Shown: in pieces, positions 53,746 to 64,000 of the stretch
How the letters are laid out: each line of letters starts with the position of its first letter
How positions within the stretch are numbered: position 1 is the first letter of the stretch
From: Balanoglossus misakiensis
Lineage: Eukaryota > Animalia > Hemichordata
Direction of reading: 5' to 3'
DNA: 64,000 bases
Assembly: GCA_040954595.2 (NCBI GenBank)
Contig: CM082581.2
Span: 7,338,059 to 7,402,058, forward strand
Translations under genes and position numbers: made by a program
Notes under the pieces: generated by a model
The model's database searches: none
What the model was told of the DNA's origin: nothing
What the model saw: the letters and a program-made list of their open reading frames with translations, nothing else

Positions 53746-56700
53746 TTATTCATTTTGGCGAGATTTTTACTCTCGTATCCTACAAACGGGATGGAAGTTG
53801 TGAGTGGTCGAACGTTGATTCACTATATATCCACATGTAGAATAACATAAACGGTGTCTTGTATCAATACATAATTAATGGAATAAAGGCAGCGAGAGAG
53901 AGACTTTGCCCCTTTAAACAATGGCAACACATGCGTGGATGTTCTGTCATAAACATAACACGATCTGAAGCCTAATTCCAATAACTGTCAAATGAAGATC
54001 CGCTTTTGACAAAGGGGCCTATAGTTTGGATCAGTACTTCATTTTGTGCGGGCGTAATACCTTCTATATATAAACATGGACAATACGTGGGCACATTGAT
54101 TCATTTAATGGAACAAATCAACCAGAAAGGGAATTAAATTTTAGTCCTCATAATACTCACATAATCGACAAACTGCGCTAATTCAATTGGTTCCAAATTT
54201 CATAAAACTCAATTATATATTGACAAGCCAGCTGATATATTGTTTTCCCTACGCACGATCGAGAGAAGGCAGCGCGCTTTATTTCCTAAAGATAGGCATT
54301 GTATTCACACTCAAAGAAAGAAACCCTATCTCTCGTTGATAAGAGCTATCGGAGAATACGAATACTATACAAAACATTATACTTTTATCGTGTTGTCAGT
54401 ATGACGGGAAAATGTTAGCGATTTACAACTATCATTTCCATATTTGTATGCGACTCCACGTATGACAGATTCCTTAATATCGAATAAAGAGTGAATATTT
54501 GACGGCTGCAGGACTCGTTCAAACATTTTGCGTCAAATTACGTCAGCTAACAAGACGAGCAATAACATTTCAGTCACAGATTAAATCGATTTAGCCACAC
54601 TGAGTGATGTCTCCCCAAATCACTCAATTTCCCAATTCATGATGTCACGTTTCTTCAATAAATGGCTTGTGGTAATGCGCGGCTTAAAAAAGTTGTGTTT
54701 GACATGAAGAATGGCTGCAGCGGCGTGTAGATTGAAATGCTGGGGAGAACCTCACGGCTTGAACATGCGCAGATGACGCTGTGTTGTTCATCAGTCCACC
54801 TGTTTATATTAAGTACACCACGAGATGCTCCAATGAGAGTCTACAATCTGAGACCGAGTAAGTACTGTGCAGTACATCATAGCCATTAGCATCAAACGAC
54901 ACAGAAGACACGCACACACGCGCAGACCGAACCTCGCGTTAAGAATAGACACATAAGAAGATGTCGTGGGTGGGTTTATCGGTATTTCAATCGGCATTTT
55001 ATAAACTCACAAGTTAATCCAAGGAACGCCATACTTGGGCGTCGTATACCTTGAATGGAATGTCGAACATCCCAATTCTCCCGTATGCGAAAATTGACAA
55101 CTGCCGAGTTTACACGCATTCACGATCTGAGTTCGTGTCCTGTTAAGACTATCACCCAAGTCTTCGTGGGACGATATTTCTATTAAGAACATGGCGTGAC
55201 ACACTTAATAGTGTATTTGGTACTCATAATAGTCGTGTCATATCCGGAACGGAATGTAGAGCATCTGTAGTTATTGCGCGAGAAATGTTACTGGCTATTT
55301 TATACGTGCTCATAAAACTTTTAACGGGCGCTCCTGAAATTTGCATGACTTCCGAAGGCAAGAAAGAATGACCGCATTACTTTCTAGTCTAAGTTAACTT
55401 AAAGGTTGAAATGCCTATAAACAATATTGTACGACATGGCAAAATACCGGTGACATCATGTGACCTGACTACAGCCATAGTACTATAGATCAACCGTTAA
55501 TGACGTCATCAGCTCACAGTTTCTTTTTACTGTCCAGTATGGCAATGCATCAAAGAATGACGGTAATAGAATAGATGAAAGAATAGCTAGGATACCGTGG
55601 GCGAAATCGACAAGGCGGGTGTCAGTTTCAAACTGAGAGATTGTCTTATGTGATTGTAGATCATTTTAAATAAAGTGGTTTGTCGGTTTTGTACATGTAC
55701 ATGTATGTACAGTAGCTGTGTGCGCTTGAAGTATAGACATTTAAGAGTATACAAATGTAGGTGCTTCAGTAACGCCAAGACATATTGCTCTCGAACTCAT
55801 TGATTGTCAAATACATATTATTATAGTACTTGCAATGGACCGCGGGCCAAACACATTGGTTTTCAGAGCATGTGAAAGTTTGATGTCAGGTATAATCAAT
55901 CTTGGTTGAGAGCAGATAGGACTGATATGGAGACGGGAGCAGAATTTCCGCCCCAATTCTCTCAATATGCCGAGAAATTAAACTAACGCCAGAAGTAGGC
56001 TTCCATAGATAACATTATCAACCTGGGTCATCTTTCTTGTCGATTCTGTTAAAATTCGTTCAAACTGGGCTTAAAATACGACGGATATCTAATCACCTCG
56101 TGATGTTCGGAGACACGATGCTCGGCTACGCGGAGCCCGTCTTTGGTGTCAATCTAGTCACGTGGATGCCCAGAACGAATCAAATCCTCCGCGAAAGTAA
56201 TAACTGTGATCACATAACCCAGATACACGATTCTGTTCAGCGGAGATATTTGAAGTACGTATCTTAAAATACATTCAAACAGTACTGATTTATACCTATC
56301 AACACAGAGTATTGCTGTTTGAGGCCTACGCAATGTGAAGTGTTCAGAATGACCGAATCCGACTCGAATCTCTTTTCGAAGTGCCTTCTCGGGGGGGGGG
56401 GGGGGGGAGTATCTGTTGCCATTGATGGGACGGAAAATGTAAAGAATGGGGCGGGCTCCCTAGGTAGGCTGTGGAACAGTGAATCCAGACTTAGCGGTGC
56501 ACCTGTTCACGTTCTATTCATTCACCCAGTAAACAAATCAGACACTTTCGTCTGGGTGGAAATTGGGATTTTAGGTAACTGCGGAAACTAGGATTTTAGG
56601 TTAGATTATTGCCGAGGCAATCCCGTTGACACAACAGAGGATTCGCGGGGTCATGTGCAAACGAATGGAATTACGAACAAATTGTCAGCAGCTGGTTCTA

Positions 56701-57869
56701 AATCAATTTCTAATTGGTGAGCGACTGATTTGAATCGTCTTTTCAGTAAAACGCATTCTCTTTCAGATGCCGTTTCATTGAAGGGAAATTGTATTGGTTT
56801 TTCGTATCTTTTCTTTTCTGAAACCGGGACTGCATTTGGTTTTAATTCCGCAACATTATTACAGCATGAATGGCTAACACACTGCTTGCATGGTTGAACT
56901 GATTGTATTAGAAATCCCACGAACACAGAGACGGGATATTAGACAGCCGCCGCTCCTGTCCAGCTCCATTCACAGTTTACCATCGCCAATGAACACCCGT
57001 ATAGAATGAAACTGTTAAACTTACGTTCACACACCACTACCGTCGGTATAATATTTCACTAAGAGACACTACATACTGCCATATTATGTCTGGAACATTG
57101 CGCATTCTGAGCATTTGCCCATTGTATGGGGACATATTACTGAACCGAATTCGATCAAACTTAATTGCGCCGAGAGATACTTAGCAGTGTCTTATCAATC
57201 AACTGCTAATTTGGATATACAACACACACACTGAACTGAAACTGAATATATGTATGGAAAACGCCTGCACCTATGTCTCTATGTTATGAGGGCATATGAT
57301 TACAACCAGGGAAACTAAGCAATCAGACACATGCTACCAACCAACAAACAAACAAACCAATCAAGGATGGTTTAAGAAATGGTAATTGCACGAACAAACT
57401 TATATAGAGAGATGACAGTGTACAAAAAAACGATTTAATGAGCTATATTACCATTCATCATTTTAAGAGCGACGCCATCGGTAGAAAACCGTTGGGTTTC
57501 CACCGGCTACTTCCAGGACTCATTCTGAACCATGCCATACGTCATCATGGTTTAGGCACGTGGTAAGAATACTGAAGGTGCTGAAAACCCGATGGAAATT
57601 GTCTGATTTTCAAGGATGGGTCTGTGAGACTCATTTTGTCATGTATGCCACCAATCGATTTCAATGCTGACATTTGACGACACATAATTTGTATCCAGAA
57701 GATAAATATAGCAGATGGCTGCCTTTATCTCCACAGCAGACCTCGACGTACATGTATAATAACCGCGTTCTCTGAGGTCACAATAAATGACCTGACGTGA
57801 CATACAACATTTCTTGAATTCACTTAATTGTCAATTTGAAAAAAAAGCTAACTTAATTAAACCGTTTTC

Positions 57870-59274
57870 CCTTGCAATAATTAATTGTTATCCTTGTATT
57901 TGCCTGTAATTTCCTTGCACACAGACTTTGGGATGGTGGAGATGTCATCACATCGGTGATTAAATTCCTATTTGGTCTGCACATGTTGGCGACTTGGATT
58001 CTGCGAGCGTATGAATTACACATCCATCTTCAAAGCCACAATTACCTTCATCAATACAACGTTGAATTGCCTAGCCTTCTGGCATTTGGCTGATCTTACA
58101 ATCCCTGGATGCGCTTGCCACAGACACAAAGAATTCCAATCATCTCAACAGAAGCCACAGGCACAAAAATTACTGCAGGACTTGATGCATAACATAATGT
58201 TCTCCAGGATATACAGTCCAGCAAAATTACAAGTGCGTTTTGACAGTTTCTGTTAGAAGGCTAATAACTTGTAAGCTTGCTCAATTTTGCCATGACAGGT
58301 ATCTCAAGTGTAGGCTCTATGAATTATATTCTGTGTAAGTTTTCCCCCCACTGGCACGCTATGCTCCGCGAAGGAAGACAGCGTCTTATTTTATAGAGTT
58401 GCTGCGAGGAATGACAATGGGAACTTTGGTTCTGTTGCAGAGAGATGTCTTGTACCACCAATTAATATACTCCTTGCATCAATGTTGTTATGGTTAAGAT
58501 CTATAATCGAAAATACTTTCATTTGACCCAGCAAGGGCATTTCGATGCGGTTTGACATTGTAAGACTTGAAAATACCTTATAAATCACATATCCGGTGCA
58601 ATTCTTAGTTTTGTAAAAAGTACTGTCGCAACACAGGTAAACCACTATAGTTATTTTTGTATAAAAAAGTGGTATGAACTAAAGCTAAAGCCATGTATTA
58701 GCGGGCAGCCGACATTAATTGAAAAGTGCGCTCTCAGAGATTAAACCACTTTGAGCACTAAGCAGGCTAAATTAACTCTATAATAGGTTTAATTCAATTT
58801 ATTCTTCGGCACTGAGTTCAGCCGCCCTGAACTGCGGTACTTGCCACTCTGTGTACATTAACTATTCCATCTAGGATACAAAGCACTTAAGTCTTTCAAC
58901 ATGGCGGGTATAGTGTTCATTGTTGGTTGCAGAAGTGGACGCAACGAGCGGAGTGTAACATTAAGGCTATCCTTTGAGTGGGTTAAAGTAATGCGAGCTA
59001 TAAACGTGAGATTGTGATACTATACTGGTTCTTATCGCAGGCAACATCGTGTATTCTATTACTGAATCTGTCCTCTATAGCTCTCACTGGTCAAGTGGGA
59101 ACTCTTCAGGAAGAACGGGGGAATAGCCTTAACAGATGAGAGTGTAACCGTTACGAAAGAATTCAAAACCACAAGAAAGTACAGTCGGCCTTTCGGCGGA
59201 CAATTATAACTCAATCGGTGAAGGGACAGAGCGCATACTGCTATAGACTGAGAGAATTCGGTGTTAAGACACAC
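57870..59274 (-). pseudogene. Decayed, apparently intronless leucine-rich-repeat receptor (TLR-ectodomain-like) pseudogene
   Basis: Colinear LRR-like fragments across shifting minus-strand frames: signal-like segment plus NCPPK (LRR-NT-like, ~59205), VKAIPP, RFSNRIHDV, NLTFIARITLTH (~59013), LKDLSALYPRWNS (58899-58861), SGLPVLRQYFLQN*EL (~58646), IIDLNHNNID (58507-58478), LEIPVMAKLSK/LQVISL (~58308) and NFAGLYILENIML (58228-58190). The 3' boundary is approximate and no TIR domain is seen. Confidence 0.6.
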
Positions 59275-62200
59275 TTAGGCAGGTATAGCATTTGTCTATG
59301 GAAGAATTTTTAGCTGTTTTTTCAATCACCATATATTTGAGACACCAATAACTAGAACATCCAAACGAACGATTAAATGTAATGCACATGCAATGGTAAT
59401 GCCAATACAAGTGCATGTGGACGTTGCTATCATTCTGTCGAGTGAAAGTGAGCAATGACGTATTTGAAGATTTTAACTTACTTCCCAATGTAATCAATGG
59501 TTTTTAATTTCAGGATTTAACTTTCATTCCGAGGTTCAACCACTTCAATTGTGAGAGTTCTGGTGGCCACAATACATCTTACTTTGTGCGTGCTATTGCA
59601 ACGTGGACGGCTACTTAAGTGATCGAATACCCACTTCAAGGCGAATAAAATGACAAACGATACCCTCGGTAATTTTCACAGCGGTCTTCAAAATTCCCAT
59701 TCTTTGTGTGACTATTTCGGAGAACAAGTAATCAGCGGTGTAATTGAACGATCGGTTATAATTGCAGTGTCTGGAAATCACCGCTCGCTCGCCCACAAAT
59801 GAAAAAGGTTATAGGCTTATGGGCTTTGCGGAATATCACCGGCGCCATTAGTTTCCAATGAAATATATTAACCTAGACAAATTAAATGAAAAACCCGGCA
59901 ACATCTGAGGAGGGAGACACACGTGGGGTCAAAGGTTACATATGTCATACATTGTGATTTGCAATATGTACACCGTTGAGTTTATGAGAAAGTCCTTCCG
60001 TACGTGTGTGATGACGTAATCACTTAAATAGTATAACACGCATGCTAACGACACACATGTATAAACATTCAGCAATAGCACGTAACACTCACTATAGAGG
60101 GTACCTTGAAAAAGACAAGGTCGTCCGTAATGGCCCAATCCCAAACAGAAACTGCTTGCAAATAATAGTTATGCGTCAGACCAAATTCCCAATAATGACA
60201 ACGAAAGCTCCCGGTGAGCAAATTAGAGTCCAATGGCGAAGAGTAATTCAAGTGTGTTGATAGTCTAAGAAGTGACTGGTTTCCTATGTTGTTACGGCTA
60301 GTGAAACAAAAATTATGTACAATCTATCATGCGCATTAGACACGCTGAGTGTGTCATTTTAGTTTAATAGTGAAATAACACAATTTGGTAAAGGGCGTTC
60401 TCCCGGAATTGGCGTGGGATGAATAGTCTCCATGCACACTTTCTTGTGATTGACCGACCTGGGTTCATTCTGACCTTGGTTGTCAACCAGTATGCTTTGA
60501 GTCACCATAAACGTACTGTAGGAAAATAACGGATCCGCGTGAATGTTTGACTACATGTATAGTTATTAGACTGTAACCACGCCAAAAGAAAATGCGATCG
60601 TGTATATAGGGAGATCAGATATACTGGATGACAAATAATCTAGGAAGTGACGGTTTGTGGATAGTCGAATTGGTTCTTTATGCAGTTAAGGTCATTTTTG
60701 TACACTACATCCCAAAAGCATTCTATAGGCTCGAACACCATTCAATAACATAGGCCGGTAACATCTTTAACAATACAAGGCGAGTGGCCACCTACACTAA
60801 GGGTCATGGCTTCCGCATTAGGGCCATGGCCGTGCACTCGTGCAGTAACCGTGTTGGGACAATACAGTCAATCTGAAGATACTTAATGTATTTCGGCAGT
60901 GCTCGACAGTAACGCTGTCGTTTTTTTTGCTAATGAGTCCGTCAGCGGTTGTCACGCAGGTGCGTGCAACCTAGTAATTACACGAACATAATGTGCCGTA
61001 CATCCTGAGTTAAGTAAATTCAACGCAAAAGGCAAGACACTTGTAAGATTCCGTCGTGCTTGTCGTCTAGTGTTGTTGCTTCAGCAGACATCTTCACGCG
61101 CTAGTTGCCACAAGTTGCGCCCGACAGTCATTTACCCTACAAACACACTTACGTGTCGATGCCTAATTATTTGGGAGAAGATGGCCACCCGAAAACTCAT
61201 GCCATAAGGGAGACTCATTACTGAAGCAATTTGGAAAGAGAGTTAGAAAATAATTTCTATCCGCGGCACATTTCGACATTCAACAAATCAATCTGAAAAA
61301 AGTGAATGCAATTACGCCGGTCAGAAATTTTCTATTTGTTTTGCCGGTAAGAATATTAGCACTCCCCATACTTGTCGCTAAATGCACTAAATGCCCGTCT
61401 CTTGACACTGCAATAAAGGTGGCGCACATAGGGCATTTAAATTTTAATCCTACAAGAGACGTTCCGTTCAAGTCTGAAAATAGAATATTCAATTTACCGA
61501 AATCCTATTTTCCTATTTAATAAGGGTGCGGTCGCGGAATGTGTTTGGTTGACCACAGTGGGTGAAAGTCTATAGCGAATAGGAAATCGAATCGATATAG
61601 TCTCTGCAAAGTATTAACTGTTTTGAAGGTTTAATTTGTTCATTTTAATGTAAAGACGCTCGTCAAAATAAGCTATATATCGAGTTCAGGGGACATGTAA
61701 CATTGTCTGGTACTATATAGTACAGCCATGATCACGGCGTTCGGAAGCCGGCATCTGATACGCCAGTAGCCCTAGTCCATTTCCATTTCCAATTGGATAT
61801 TGTAAACTTGTTAGCGTAAACGTATTCAGAGTAATACGATATACAACGTTGATGAGATTTTAAGCTGCAGATCACATCGCCGCTTTCCTTGGCCAGACGT
61901 TTTCAACCTATCTGCACTTTCAAGGTGACCTTCGTTAAGACGGCCGTCTCGAGGCCAAACTGAAAACTTTGGTCGCTCTTTTCTTGTTGAATTTTTATTA
62001 CTACGGAACACTTCGAGAATGAAACGAGACCAGTGTTGAGATTGCTGTGAATAGTCATTTTATATAGGTTCTTTTCACAAACAGCGTGGGTAGGGACGTC
62101 GTACGAAACCCGACTCGCGGCGTGATGACGTCAAAAGCTCAGACTGAACTCCAGGGATAAACCGTAAACAGAATGACAGCTCGATGTGAACTTCATCGGA

Positions 62201-64000
62201 GACAAAAGCTGACATTTTATGTCAAGTTGTGGAATCCGATTAACTAATGTGACAAGTTAATGTCAGAGCACCGGTGATTTTCGAAATGAGAAATGAATAA
62301 TTTTCCTAAGTATATAAACTAATTCTAAACTGACAAAAGGTTTTGATATTAAATGACCTTGAAACACGAAAATTCAATCGAGTATAATGAAGATCATTTC
62401 GGTGTAGGAGATGTCAAAATTCAAATTAAACAAACGCGAGAAGGGTTAACTGATGAATGCTTAGAATTCACAGCTTACAGAAAATTAAAAATATATATAT
62501 ATTCTCCGCGCTGATTGTCTTCCTCTGGGCTCATTTTACTCGAGCATCGTGTGACATTCAATGTGTTTCCCGACAAACGTATTTCGCCCTGTGTAATTCG
62601 AATCGTTTGCAAGGAGTCGACGGGAAACGTGTGCGAGGGGACAGCTACAGAAAAAACTTTCAGAACATTTCTGTACAAAATATTACTTACATTTCCATGT
62701 GAGGTATACATTTAATTTAGATGATAGGTTTTGTGATGACGTTTTAACTAATATACAACGAATCCCCAAACGTGGACGTTACTGCACGGTCTGTTATGCC
62801 AAAAAAAAACACTTGAATAAATTTAAATCCATCCGTCTTGCCCAGGAAGTTCATTAGTTGATTGGCATTTAATAGCATGATGGCGCGAAATTACAGCACT
62901 TGAGCGAGATTCTTTCCGTAATGATTTGATTCGCTGGATAATGTGTGTTTTCGACTTTCCATTTCTATGCAGTCGGCTTTGCATCAACAAGACAGCTCAA
63001 TCAGACAAAGACGCGTGGCGCGACGGTGCACATGCAGTGAAAACACTTGAAACGCTGGTGACAGTCTTGTCATTCACGAATACGACCTCTACTGACTTCT
63101 TAAGCGCATGATGTCATTGACCAAGTGGTTTGCCCCGGCATAATGTTGGGTCCACTTATATTTTCTGTGTTTGCACACGAGCTCTCAAGTCTTTGCAATG
63201 GTGTCATCTCAATTCATCAATATTCCTAATGCGAATATTCTCAGATGTCCTGACATATGACGTGCTGTAATTTAATGAACGTGACACTTTAATTTGTCGC
63301 CGCCAAAAAAGCTTGATGTTTTGTCAGACGTTTAGAGTGGCAATTCTAATCAGGACTATAATCACGCATTGCACAGGTTATAATCTGCCTTGTCAAGCAG
63401 AAAGGCGTGTTGATGAAAAGTTATAATTTCCCATTAAAGCCGACATCACAGACTTAAGTTTCTGGTTATGAAACCACGCATGGCTGACGATTAATGTTTC
63501 AAGCGTTTTCTTTAACATATTTGCATTGCATTAAGCCTTTACAAATTGCAAAGAATGACATATTGACTGGTTAGTCTTCGTGAATATATATTAATAGTCC
63601 CGTATTTCATCATGGAAGATGATCTAGATTATTAAAGAATCACACAACCTTTGATTTCAGAGGAAGATTACGTCAACTTGTCAAATAATTACTATACTCA
63701 TCATGATACAACCATAGTACAGTTGGCGTATTTTGTATAAACGTATGTGTGATTCCTGTGAGTTGTGTATATACGTTTTCGTGGTAAATCTTAGACTGCT
63801 GAATAACATATGACAACCGCACAGGGATCTATGTGACCAACGGTAGGTTATAATTGCATGACGCGAGGAGGACAGATGTTCTCTGGGTTTGTGTGCATGC
63901 ACGCAGTCTGTGCACCGGGTCTATAAAATTTTATTATGTGTCCTACCTACATAATCTGAATACCACGATTGAGCTCCGAGACCTAGGCGGGGCCGCGATG

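Noticed and set aside
1-64000. CRISPR arrays, rRNA, tRNA, operon-like or prokaryotic systems
   Set aside because: No regularly spaced repeats, cloverleaf or rRNA signatures, or dense ORFs were seen; the sequence is spliceosomal-intron-containing animal DNA.

Overview
Eukaryotic, AT-rich (roughly 40% GC by eye), gene-poor genomic DNA, most consistent with an invertebrate deuterostome such as a hemichordate or echinoderm (inference from the receptor type and repeat style, not verified). The only intact protein-coding feature is the terminal exon (15885-17131, +) of an alpha-1-adrenergic-like aminergic GPCR, encoding ECL3, TM7/NPxxY, helix 8 and a very long C-tail ending in a PDZ-type motif. It is preceded by more than 15.8 kb of intron and followed by a 3' UTR with poly(A) signals. 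The rest is non-coding or decayed: a clean solo LTR with a 4-bp TSD (3267-3939), a second probable LTR (28450-28958), several MITE-like elements, a decayed L2-type LINE 3' end and microsatellites. Three things the ORF track does not show stand out. (1) A heavily frameshifted, apparently intronless leucine-rich-repeat receptor pseudogene lies on the minus strand (~57870-59274). (2) The palindrome TACATGTA is in roughly 15-fold excess and matches the classic Tc1 excision footprint. (3) A 58-aa micro-ORF with a RHIM-like motif sits behind a CRE/YY1 promoter-like cluster (35854-36030). I find no convincing evidence of a new multi-gene system; the findings are candidates to test. All motif counts are manual and approximate.
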